Shown: positions 55,501 through 64,000 of the stretch, piece after piece
Layout: each line of letters begins with the position of its first letter
Position numbering within the stretch: the stretch's first letter is position 1
Source of the DNA: a virus
Strand: one strand, 5' to 3'
Virus record (IMG/VR): IMGVR_UViG_3300025646_000012
Span: 56,964-120,963 of that record
Length of the DNA stretch: 64,000 nucleotides
Translations under genes and position numbers: made by a program
Notes under the pieces: model-generated
Databases searched by the model: none
What the model saw: the letters and a program-made list of their open reading frames with translations, nothing else
What the model was told of the DNA's origin: nothing

Positions 55501-56290
55501 TATACCAATTCCAAAATTTTTCTTTATGTTTATTTGCTTTATAATGTATAAAATCATATACGGAAAGAAATTTTCCTTCATTTCTATATTTTGGACTATA
55601 CATATTATGTATTAATTTTTCAAAATTTTTAGTTCCCAAACGTAATGCATGTCTTGTATGATATGTGGTAATACGATCCTGAGATGAAACTATCATAGGT
55701 TTCATAAAATTTTTAGCTATATAATGCCACATTCCGTCATAACATATTATAAAATCGCAAGTGTTTATATGATATGTAGCTTCTCTAATAGGAGTTCTAT
55801 AACATAATTCTACTACATCATAACCCATAAAATTTAAAAATTTTATTAATTCATTCCAATAATCATTTTGAATTCTACGTTTCCAAAGTCTAGGCGGTTC
55901 TGCATTAAATGTAGGTCTCCAAATAACAACTTTATTTTCATCTATAGGTAAATTAATAGAAGGATCAAACATCCAATTATTGGTATTTTTATTTTCTCTA
56001 GGCTCTAACCAATCATATCTTTTATAGGTTTCCTTTAAATGATACTGATCGCTGTTAAAAATGTGATTTACTTGTACATCAGCTTTTAAATATAGTCCTA
56101 AAATATAGTCGGTTCTTTCAATAATTGTTTCCGGATCTTCTGGATGATGTAAATGATCTTTATCATGAAACCAATGTAGATTTAAAATTATGGGTTGTTT
56201 ATTTTCACATGACCATCTATGAGCACAATTCAATGCCATCATGACATCACCCATACCAGGTGTCATACCCCAATTTAAAATCTTAGTCAT
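55490..56290 (-). CDS. GT-B (GT9-like) glycosyltransferase-like
   Basis: GMGD N-terminal motif; YDGMWHYIA...KP. Confidence 0.55.
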   Translation of the reverse strand: MTKILNWGMTPGMGDVMMALNCAHRWSCENKQPIILNLHWFHDKDHLHHPEDPETIIERTDYILGLYLKADVQVNHIFNSDQYHLKETYKRYDWLEPRENKNTNNWMFDPSINLPIDENKVVIWRPTFNAEPPRLWKRRIQNDYWNELIKFLNFMGYDVVELCYRTPIREATYHINTCDFIICYDGMWHYIAKNFMKPMIVSSQDRITTYHTRHALRLGTKNFEKLIHNMYSPKYRNEGKFLSVYDFIHYKANKHKEKFWNWYNAN

Positions 56291-57723
56291 TAAAATACTT
56301 TTACTTTATATTCTTTTTCCCATGCCTCGGCATCCTTTTCATCATTGACCATAGGCATACCACGAATATTTAGTGATGTATTCAAAAGCATTGGAACACC
56401 AGTTCTTTCGTAATATTCTTCAAGGATCGGCCGAATAACTGACTTACAATCTTTTTTTACAATTTGTACTCTTGATGTTCCATCTACATGGATGACAGAT
56501 TTATAATCATGAAGAGCTTTTGCTGTATATTTCATATACTCACTCATCGGACCTTCAAAGTATTGATCAGCAAATTCTTCCATTACCGCCGGGGCAAAAG
56601 GTCTATATTTTTGTCTACGTTTTATTTGATTAACAGTATCCTTAACATCATATCTAACATCAGCAATAAGGCTACGATTACCAAGCGCTCGAGGTCCAAA
56701 CTCTGCTCGACCATTTGCAATGCCACAATAGGTATAATTAAGCAAATGATCAACAACTTCCTTGGGATTAATATTACGTTTTATATCATATCCTAGATAA
56801 GCATCTTTCCAATTAATATGATCTTTACCCGTGTTTTTACAATAAATATGAGCAGCAGCACCAAGAGCAGATCCAGCATCACTTGGTGCCGCGGGAATCC
56901 ACATATCATCAAATAAAGGTCTGACCAAAGAATTAGCTACAATATTTTCGGCTACCCCACCAGCATATACTAGTTTTGATCCATATTTTCTAGCTTTATT
57001 TGCCCATTCCAATATTTTTACTTCTGCCAGTTTTTGGACTGAAGCGGCAACATCTTCTTTTGGAGTATTAATAATTTTACGTTTTAGTATTCCAGCAACA
57101 CGTCTAATTACTGCAGCATATTCGGAATAGTTTTTAGCTATTTCCAAATGATCATATACTTTTAGAAAAAAATCAAATAATACAGGCTCTCCGTACGATG
57201 CCAGTCCCATCGTAACATATTCATCGTGCATAGGCTTTAATCCTAAAATACGAGTAACATGAGTATAGAAATTACCAATACTTTTGGGGGTATATTCTTT
57301 TTCTAAAAGATTAAAATTATAATCATAAATTCCCATAGTTTGCATCTGACCTTGACCATCTATAGTCATAATAACAGTATCTTCTTTTGATTGCCAAGGT
57401 CTTGTATAGAATGCATTTGCAGCATGACTAACATGATGATTGACTGAGTTGTCGTAATTAAAAGAACCAGGGATTAATCCTCTATTAGGACCTTGACTAT
57501 GACCGATAGCATGTTCTTTTTTGAATTTTATATCATTTAAATCTTCATAAAATATAGTGTAATCATCTTTACGAATCATTCTCCATAAATCATCGTGTAT
57601 ATGTAAGTCTAATTTTATTTTACTATATCTTTCTGCATGAGTAGCAAATTCAATATCACCTTGTTCAGTAATAAATGCAATTCCAGCATCATGAAAAAAT
57701 TCTGAAATACCACAATATCTCAT
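56290..57723 (-). CDS. Carbamoyltransferase (NodU/CmcH family)
   Basis: HD, AERYSKIK, HHVSHA, MGLASYG, AGGVAEN, EFGPRALGNRS, RPFAP, HVDGTSR, LNTSLN. Confidence 0.92.
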   Translation of the reverse strand: MRYCGISEFFHDAGIAFITEQGDIEFATHAERYSKIKLDLHIHDDLWRMIRKDDYTIFYEDLNDIKFKKEHAIGHSQGPNRGLIPGSFNYDNSVNHHVSHAANAFYTRPWQSKEDTVIMTIDGQGQMQTMGIYDYNFNLLEKEYTPKSIGNFYTHVTRILGLKPMHDEYVTMGLASYGEPVLFDFFLKVYDHLEIAKNYSEYAAVIRRVAGILKRKIINTPKEDVAASVQKLAEVKILEWANKARKYGSKLVYAGGVAENIVANSLVRPLFDDMWIPAAPSDAGSALGAAAHIYCKNTGKDHINWKDAYLGYDIKRNINPKEVVDHLLNYTYCGIANGRAEFGPRALGNRSLIADVRYDVKDTVNQIKRRQKYRPFAPAVMEEFADQYFEGPMSEYMKYTAKALHDYKSVIHVDGTSRVQIVKKDCKSVIRPILEEYYERTGVPMLLNTSLNIRGMPMVNDEKDAEAWEKEYKVKVF

Positions 57724-57905
57724 TTTCTACCTTCTATCTCTTTACGAAATTCACAATAATATTTCCAGGTATCGTATAGTGCAATAAAGGCAATTGAACC
57801 TATCATTGACATATACCAGATTTCAGCATTTAAAGCATAAAGAAAGGTACTCATAAGTAGATCGGCAATAATAAAAGCAAGTACCCAATCATACCATCTT
57901 ACCAT
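57720..57905 (-). CDS. Small two-TM membrane protein
   Basis: Hydrophobic 61-aa coupled ORF. Confidence 0.6.
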   Translation of the reverse strand: MVRWYDWVLAFIIADLLMSTFLYALNAEIWYMSMIGSIAFIALYDTWKYYCEFRKEIEGRK

Positions 57906-58096
57906 TAGGCTTTCCTTAGAATTTCCTGTGTGATTTCCACTGCGCGATCATACCCTGGACGGAAGCGATTACCTTTATGACCGCTTTCAATAAACGTTCT
58001 TAGATTATCTATAGTGCCTTCTTTACCGACAAATTTAAAGTCCCTTACCAGTTCTTCCCACTCACTACGCAACAATAGATATTGAAATACGTTCAT
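57905..58096 (-). CDS. Small hypothetical protein
   Basis: GGAGG RBS, start MNVFQY; GHKGNRFR. Confidence 0.6.
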   Translation of the reverse strand: MNVFQYLLLRSEWEELVRDFKFVGKEGTIDNLRTFIESGHKGNRFRPGYDRAVEITQEILRKA

Positions 58097-58097
58097 A

Positions 58098-58673
58098 TTA
58101 CCACCCTCCAGTAATGTATTCATAAATTTCTTTCCAAGTCTTAAACCGAGGAATACCTTCATGGTTCATATTAAACCCATGTTCCACAAGGATTGATTCC
58201 AAACCGAACTTAAGTCCGAGTTCAGCATTTTCAACTTTATCCTCAATCCAGTAATGTCCAGACATGGCATAAGGTTCAAGAGCTTCATCCTTATCAGCAC
58301 CAGTATCACAGAACACAAATTTTTCAAAAGCGGTCTCACCAAAGAGTTTCTTAGTATTTTCAATACGAAGTTCTTGAGCAGAAGGCTCAAGTGAAAGAGA
58401 TGTAATCATGTGAAACACGTAACCATGTTTACGGTGGAGAAGATCAACATAATACATTGCATCACGAAGGGGAGGAAGGAATCCAATGGCACTGGATTCG
58501 TTGAAGAACTTAACCAGTTCAGTCTTTTTACTTTTGGTTAAGCCGTAGCGCTCACCAATATCATAGTGTTGGTAACCATCTTTAACCATTTTATAGCCAT
58601 GGCGTTTCATCCATGTATTGAAGGCATATTCCCAGTTCAGAAGAACACCATCGCAGTCAGTCAGAATAATCAT
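58098..58673 (-). CDS. HAD-family 5'-nucleotidase-like protein
   Basis: LTDCDGVL, ITS, K, WIEDK. Confidence 0.8.
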   Translation of the reverse strand: MIILTDCDGVLLNWEYAFNTWMKRHGYKMVKDGYQHYDIGERYGLTKSKKTELVKFFNESSAIGFLPPLRDAMYYVDLLHRKHGYVFHMITSLSLEPSAQELRIENTKKLFGETAFEKFVFCDTGADKDEALEPYAMSGHYWIEDKVENAELGLKFGLESILVEHGFNMNHEGIPRFKTWKEIYEYITGGW

Positions 58674-58698
58674 AGTTCACTCCATTTTTCATATTATA

Positions 58699-58727
58699 AC
58701 TATATCACAACTGAGTATGGATGTAAA
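58699..58727 (-). promoter_or_regulatory. Sigma70-like promoter
   Basis: TTTACA-N17-TATAGT with extended TG. Confidence 0.7.
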
Positions 58728-58735
58728 CCCCTTTT

Positions 58736-59725
58736 TTACAAAATTTTGCCGTAGAATGACTCATAGTCATCTGCCAGCCGAATGTTACGCTCGGTATATG
58801 CTTTAATTTCATCCATATAATTATCAAGTATGGTATTTGTAGATTTAAAATCCAGAAATAAATCCTTATAATTAATTTCGTGTAAAATCATTTTAGTTTG
58901 TTTTTGTAAATCTCTTATTTCAAATAATTTTTTTAATTCAGTTTCCAAAGTTATATTTGCATTCATGTTATTTTTTACATGACAATTATTATTTTTCATA
59001 AAACTCAAATAAATTTCTTTATTAAATAAATCCCAAGATCTATTATTTTGTAACCAAATACCAAGATAATTTAAATTAAATCTAGAAAAAGAATATGCAT
59101 ATGGAAATTCTTTTAAAAAAATATTAAATTTTTTCCAAACATTAATCCATTCTTTATAATTCATTTGTTCATTTGCTAGAGTAATAATATTATTTGGTTT
59201 ACTGAGTTTTCCTCCATTTGTCATTGCTTGAAGTTTTAAACTATTAAATGATTTTTCAAATGTAACGGAGTTATCTAATTCAGAATATGCAATTATTGAT
59301 CTATAACCATTTGATTTTATGTGAATTAATTTTTTTAAAAAATCTAAAGTTTTTTTGTCATTACAAAATATAAAAAAACTTTCATTAATATTTTTGGAAT
59401 ACTCTTCAGGTGATATACCAATTCTACCTGAGCTTTGTTTATAAATGTTGAATCGTTTAACCATCCCAAAATCATCGTTTATTAACTCATGTTCATGTGT
59501 GATAATAGGATTTGTTATTTCTTTACCAGATACAATATTCCATTTTGAATTACCCCAAAATATTTCTTTTATTGGACCATTACTATCAGAAATTAAATAT
59601 TCTCTGTGAAAATATTCATTAAAGACTTTATCATAGTATATAAGAGTTTTATCATTATAATGTCTGGAAAGTAGTGTAGCTATAAAATTTTTTCCAGCAC
59701 CAGGTATGGCTCTTACTGCTATCAT
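58736..59725 (-). CDS. AT-rich hypothetical protein with P-loop/sulfotransferase-like N-terminus
   Basis: AIPGAGKNFIATLL; C-terminal INYKDLF...YTERN. Confidence 0.55.
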   Translation of the reverse strand: MIAVRAIPGAGKNFIATLLSRHYNDKTLIYYDKVFNEYFHREYLISDSNGPIKEIFWGNSKWNIVSGKEITNPIITHEHELINDDFGMVKRFNIYKQSSGRIGISPEEYSKNINESFFIFCNDKKTLDFLKKLIHIKSNGYRSIIAYSELDNSVTFEKSFNSLKLQAMTNGGKLSKPNNIITLANEQMNYKEWINVWKKFNIFLKEFPYAYSFSRFNLNYLGIWLQNNRSWDLFNKEIYLSFMKNNNCHVKNNMNANITLETELKKLFEIRDLQKQTKMILHEINYKDLFLDFKSTNTILDNYMDEIKAYTERNIRLADDYESFYGKIL

Positions 59726-60252
59726 TCCTTAACCCAAATGGAAAAAATTCTACGATCATTATCCCATTTCATATCAGTCACCTTGCATCCATTTTCACCT
59801 GCAAGTTGATGATTCCATACAAACGACCATGGAAAGAAATCAATATCTTCACATTCCTTATTTCCGTGATCTTGTCGCCCTGGATTTTGTCTCCAGATAA
59901 TTTTACCGCCAGGTTTTACAAATGTTACAACTTTTTCAACTTGAGGTCTAATAACAGAAATATCACCAAAATTAATACTACCTAGACAGAGAACTACATC
60001 CCACTGCTTACCCTTAGGATCAAAATTTTCAACATCAGTGAGTTCGTTTCCGTAATATAAGGCCGGATCAAAAGCATAAAGTCTATCACCCAGATGTAAA
60101 TGAAATGGATTATATCCGCAACCGACGTCGAGTACTTCATCTTCTGGTCCTATTAGACTTAAAATGTAATTTACACTAGTATAATAAAGGTTACCACCAG
60201 GAAGCCAAGATCTAGCAAAATATTCATAGATTTGTTTTTTATTTATAGACAT
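59722..60252 (-). CDS. Class I SAM-dependent methyltransferase
   Basis: VLDVGCGYN, LCLGSINFG, VKPGG. Confidence 0.8.
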   Translation of the reverse strand: MSINKKQIYEYFARSWLPGGNLYYTSVNYILSLIGPEDEVLDVGCGYNPFHLHLGDRLYAFDPALYYGNELTDVENFDPKGKQWDVVLCLGSINFGDISVIRPQVEKVVTFVKPGGKIIWRQNPGRQDHGNKECEDIDFFPWSFVWNHQLAGENGCKVTDMKWDNDRRIFSIWVKE

Positions 60253-60820
60253 AAACCGTTACATCCCGATTTTTATAAAATTCTGGTTTACCAATTGTAG
60301 TTAAACCAAGAGATTCTTGTAATTCAGTATTACTATGTACCCTTGTTACTCTCGTATTGTTATGAATAAAATCCATGATATCTCTGTTTTGCCAAACTAT
60401 GTGTCTATACATGGCATCAAGATCTTTATAATATGGTTTATAATTTGGATATGAAATTCCAAAACCACCAGCTTTTTTCCAATGCTCTAAACACTCAACA
60501 TCATTACGATGTACCAAAATGATTGGATAGTTATAAAAAACTAAGTGTTGTAACTCGTGGGCAAATGTATGTGATTTAATAACTCTAATACCATTACCTG
60601 AAAATGGTTTATCCCATTCTTCACGTTCAATACCGAATTCCATACCAGGATCCCAATAAGCACCAATGTGATGTGCAGGTCCATGATAGTTAGGAGAAAT
60701 ATATTCTCTTTCATTACTGGCATCACTACGATCCAATTCTGGACAATAACGAATATCACGAGCAACCGAGCTCCATTTGGAGCCCGGCGCACCTGTCATA
60801 AGAATATAGTTATTGTGCAA
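60239..60820 (-). CDS. P-loop/sulfotransferase-like hypothetical protein (start approximate, TTG)
   Basis: ILMTGAPGSKWSS, IKSH, ILVHR. Confidence 0.55.
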   Translation of the reverse strand: MHNNYILMTGAPGSKWSSVARDIRYCPELDRSDASNEREYISPNYHGPAHHIGAYWDPGMEFGIEREEWDKPFSGNGIRVIKSHTFAHELQHLVFYNYPIILVHRNDVECLEHWKKAGGFGISYPNYKPYYKDLDAMYRHIVWQNRDIMDFIHNNTRVTRVHSNTELQESLGLTTIGKPEFYKNRDVTVYVYK

Positions 60821-61850
60821 GTTCTGGTTTATAGACACTGGCAAGATCCAACGCTTCTGTATTAAATTGAACCAAATCCTGTAGTGCATCCTCTGTAATA
60901 AACGTCATAAGATTATCACGAAGGGCATTTGCATCATCACCAATTACCCATTCATATTTACCTACGTCCGCTTCAATTGCAGCAACACTCTCAGGATTAT
61001 TGGTCATTTCTTCAAGTGCAGCAACCAAACGATCACGATTTGGATTATCTGCACTTACCCACATGGCTTTTTGCAGAACATCTCTGAATGAACGAACCAG
61101 ATTATATGCTTCATAGAATTCACCACTTGGTTCTACACCCCATCTTTGATAGAAAAGACCTTCAAACAAAAACCCGGTATAATTAGGATCATCAACTCGA
61201 ACACCATCCAATCCTAAAATACCGTGATGGAACCAAACAGTGGCATTTTCATTAGGAGCTACGTGCTTGAGATAAGCTGCAGGATTCTCACGTGTTGCAT
61301 TCAGCTCACCACTTTGGAACGCCAGGCGACGATCTCCCCCGCTCATACCATTGACCCAAGTAACTTTTTCCTGGAAACATTCAATATACTCTTCTACAGA
61401 CATACCTGGACCACAAAGAAGCAAAGTCATAGCAAATGCCTCGGGTGTATTACCAGATCCAGCTGCAAAGCGTACACCATTCTCCATATCATCATTAAGC
61501 AATTTGCCTACAATAATATTTAGATTCATGAGTCCAATTGCTTCATATTCACGGTAATCATAATCTACTTCTTCTTGTAGAAATGATACAGCATTACCAC
61601 CATGAGATACCATGATAACATTCGGATCATTTAAACGATTATTATGAAATTCATTAAAGCCTGGAATATCACGAGCTCCAGGATAGTACTCAATAACAAT
61701 ATCTTCGTCAAGATATTTTTGAAGTTCAGCAGCTACAATTTCAGCCCATACAGATGTACCGCCACCAGGGCCTTGTGGAACTAACATAGTAAAGTCAGCC
61801 TTTGCCGTAGTAGCAAAAACTGCTAGTACAAAGGAAAGAATATATTTCAT
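60810..61850 (-). CDS. tctC: Tripartite tricarboxylate transporter substrate-binding protein, TctC/Bug-like
   Basis: Signal peptide, VPQGPGGGTS, PGA, adjacent to tctA. Confidence 0.75.
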   Translation of the reverse strand: MKYILSFVLAVFATTAKADFTMLVPQGPGGGTSVWAEIVAAELQKYLDEDIVIEYYPGARDIPGFNEFHNNRLNDPNVIMVSHGGNAVSFLQEEVDYDYREYEAIGLMNLNIIVGKLLNDDMENGVRFAAGSGNTPEAFAMTLLLCGPGMSVEEYIECFQEKVTWVNGMSGGDRRLAFQSGELNATRENPAAYLKHVAPNENATVWFHHGILGLDGVRVDDPNYTGFLFEGLFYQRWGVEPSGEFYEAYNLVRSFRDVLQKAMWVSADNPNRDRLVAALEEMTNNPESVAAIEADVGKYEWVIGDDANALRDNLMTFITEDALQDLVQFNTEALDLASVYKPELAQ

Positions 61851-61851
61851 T

Positions 61852-63288
61852 TTAAGAAAACTCCATTTCAGATTTACGAGTAATACCCCAAATGAATAGG
61901 GCAATGGAAAAGGCAATTAATGTTAGGAAAATTGGACGATCAAGTAATTGATCTATATTATATAGGGTAGTTAATTGTATTGTAAGAGCTTCAAATTTGG
62001 CAGAAAGAATAAATCCAATTAGGATTGCCGGTCTACTAAATTTAAATTTCTTGCATAGTAATCCGATGACTGTAAAAATAGCAAGCACTGCATAATCTTC
62101 CCATCCACCGGTATATTGTACACATGCCCATACAACAAAGGCAAGCAGAATTGGAAAATAATACTTATATGGAATTATAGCAATCATTGCAATATATTTT
62201 GTAGCAAACAAACAAATAATACCAGTGATTAATGTTGCCCACATAAATCCATTTGTCATACTATCAAAGAATCTAGCATCATTAATTAGATCACGTGAAC
62301 CTAAATCAAACCCTACACTTGCATAGATCCCCATAAGAATGGCGGCAAATGATGCTCCAGGAATTCCAAAGAGAACCGTTGGAATCATACTGGTGGCTTT
62401 CTGTGCATTATTAGATCCTTCTGGTCCAATTACACCACGGATATTACCTTTACCAAATGGAACGTCAGGATTCTTGGTAGTTGCTACTGCTTGACCATAA
62501 GCCATCCAATCTGCCATACCACCACCGAGACCTGGTAACGCACCAATAAATGCACCAATAAAACCACCACGGAGTGCTAACCATTTATGAATCCAAACCG
62601 CTTTTATACCATCCCAGGTTTGTCTTGCATTATCTTTAATTGCCGATGTTTTGTCTCTTTTTACAAGACCTTCTAACATTTCAGGAATTGCAAATAAACC
62701 GGCGGTTACAGCAATGAGTTGTAAGCCATCGGCAAGATAATACCAACCGAATGTATATCTATCAACATTGGTTGCTGGATCAACCCCGATAAGACCGATA
62801 AATAGACCAAAACACAGAGCAATAATAGATCGAAACCACCATTTATTACTTACAAATGCCACTGTTGCCATGGCAAGGACAGTAAATGCCCAAAGTTCTG
62901 GTATACGGAATACCATAATTAATTTTGCATACCATGGTAATAGAAAAAAGACTAACGAACCCCATAGGAGTCCGTTAAGAGTGGATGTAACCACTGCTGC
63001 TGTAATAGCATATGTTGCTTTACCCTGAAGTGCCAATGGGAATCCATCAACCATTGTAGCTGCCGCAGAGTTAGCACCTGGAATACCTAGAAGGACACTA
63101 GTATAAGTATCACCAGTAGTAGAGGCAGCGACCACCGCCATTGTAAATATAACCACCGCGTAAGGATCACCAAAATACGCAAGGAAACTATAAATAGCAA
63201 TAAGGCCAGTAGTAGCACCGGCCCCGGGAATGATACCAATAACCAATCCATAGAGTGTTCCCAGTATCAAATAATATAAATCATGCAT
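61852..63288 (-). CDS. tctA: Tripartite tricarboxylate transporter permease TctA
   Basis: GIIPGAG, LLGIPG..SAAATMVDGFPLA, EGSNNA, IPTVLFGIPG. Confidence 0.9.
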   Translation of the reverse strand: MHDLYYLILGTLYGLVIGIIPGAGATTGLIAIYSFLAYFGDPYAVVIFTMAVVAASTTGDTYTSVLLGIPGANSAAATMVDGFPLALQGKATYAITAAVVTSTLNGLLWGSLVFFLLPWYAKLIMVFRIPELWAFTVLAMATVAFVSNKWWFRSIIALCFGLFIGLIGVDPATNVDRYTFGWYYLADGLQLIAVTAGLFAIPEMLEGLVKRDKTSAIKDNARQTWDGIKAVWIHKWLALRGGFIGAFIGALPGLGGGMADWMAYGQAVATTKNPDVPFGKGNIRGVIGPEGSNNAQKATSMIPTVLFGIPGASFAAILMGIYASVGFDLGSRDLINDARFFDSMTNGFMWATLITGIICLFATKYIAMIAIIPYKYYFPILLAFVVWACVQYTGGWEDYAVLAIFTVIGLLCKKFKFSRPAILIGFILSAKFEALTIQLTTLYNIDQLLDRPIFLTLIAFSIALFIWGITRKSEMEFS

Positions 63289-63290
63289 AA

Positions 63291-63485
63291 TTAACTTTCG
63301 TAGTCAAAATCTCCTGGTGTTGTCATACCATGAGTATAGAGATCGTCATCACTATCCTCATACATCCATTCTTTTTTTCTACTACCTTTATTTGTTTCAT
63401 GAATACGAATATCACGTTCCAATGAACGATATTTGTTCCGACCGCTTTTCTTATTCCGTGGGTCAAAACGTCCATACTTAGCCAT
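63291..63485 (-). CDS. Small basic hypothetical protein
   Basis: AGGAGA RBS; MAKYGRFDPRNKK. Confidence 0.65.
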   Translation of the reverse strand: MAKYGRFDPRNKKSGRNKYRSLERDIRIHETNKGSRKKEWMYEDSDDDLYTHGMTTPGDFDYES

Positions 63486-63489
63486 AGTT

Positions 63490-63747
63490 TTAAAAATCTC
63501 CTTGTCCGTAATTGCCAAGTCCTAGGTTTTCAATTTCAGTGGTTAATTCATTATAACCACCAATGTATCTACTATCCCACATTATTTGAGGGATGGTTTT
63601 TGCATCAGGAAATAATTCCATAAATTTCATAAAATATTCATCATCTTGATCAATAGGATAATATGTGAAGGCTAATCTATATTCTCGACAAAGTGCTTTT
63701 GCCTTTTGACAATATGTACAATTATTCCTTCCATATATTTCTATCAT
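63490..63747 (-). CDS. nrdC: Glutaredoxin
   Basis: CTYC, TIPQI, IGGY. Confidence 0.9.
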   Translation of the reverse strand: MIEIYGRNNCTYCQKAKALCREYRLAFTYYPIDQDDEYFMKFMELFPDAKTIPQIMWDSRYIGGYNELTTEIENLGLGNYGQGDF

Positions 63748-63748
63748 A

Positions 63749-64000
63749 TTAGTATCCTAACATTTCTTTTGTCATTAAGTAATCTCTAACAAAATCAGAA
63801 CGAACAATATCTTCCCAATCAAATGTAATGGTTTTAAACTTTTTTAGTTGTTCGGCAATGGCAAGGAATTTATGGATCCCTTCCTTTTCATCATTATATT
63901 TAAAATCCGATTGCTTGTAATCCCCACAAAAGATAATTTTGGTATCTTCCCCTACTCTTGTAATAACAGAATCAAGTTCATGGAAGTTTAGATTCTGCAT
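63749..64000 (-). CDS. phoH: PhoH family protein, C-terminal part (runs off the window)
   Basis: QNLNFHEL..ITRVG, IFCGD..QSD, DIVRS. Confidence 0.9.
   Translation of the reverse strand: MQNLNFHELDSVITRVGEDTKIIFCGDYKQSDFKYNDEKEGIHKFLAIAEQLKKFKTITFDWEDIVRSDFVRDYLMTKEMLGY

Noticed and set aside
60240-60247. Minus-strand TATAAATA late-promoter match
   Set aside because: Lies inside coding sequence at a gene overlap in AT-rich DNA; likely chance
60239-60889. Long overlap or frameshift fusion between tctC and the downstream ORF
   Set aside because: A TTG near 60820 gives an ordinary short overlap; no slippery site is evident
1-64000. CRISPR array, reverse transcriptase/DGR/retron, integrase or tRNA genes
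   Set aside because: No regularly spaced repeats, no RT or recombinase motifs; the only tRNA-like structure found belongs to the tmRNA
1-64000. Stop-codon reassignment
   Set aside because: Core genes are full length in the standard code and TAA, TAG and TGA all act as stops

Overview
This is 64 kb of an AT-rich, T4-like (Tevenvirinae/Kyanoviridae-style) myophage genome, most likely infecting an aquatic alphaproteobacterium. The host call rests on a permuted two-piece tmRNA with tag ANDNFAPTGYALAA, an alphaproteobacterial-type PstS and a small outer-membrane protein. The left half (+ strand) is the T4 replication/recombination core: gp55, 47, 46, 45, 44, dexA, 62, regA, hsp20, 43, uvsX, 41 and thyX. 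It is interspersed with very AT-rich accessory enzyme genes (radical SAM, sulfotransferase-like, cupin/2OG, glycosyltransferases) and a candidate DNA-glycosylation locus between gp43 and uvsX. The middle holds a late-promoter-driven cassette of five exported proteins with chaperone-usher pilin/chaperone-like features, an amidinotransferase/Arg-tRNA-transferase-like cluster, Pho-box-associated pstS and the tmRNA. The right half (- strand) has small early genes, an ~11 kb glycan-biosynthesis island, tctA/tctC, glutaredoxin and partial phoH. Non-coding signals include a ROSE-like thermometer before hsp20, a dozen TTTACA-N17-TAnnnT promoters, TATAAATA late promoters, terminators, and short direct repeats at the 3' ends of tandem accessory genes. 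All family assignments come from motif recognition by eye; no database searches were run.
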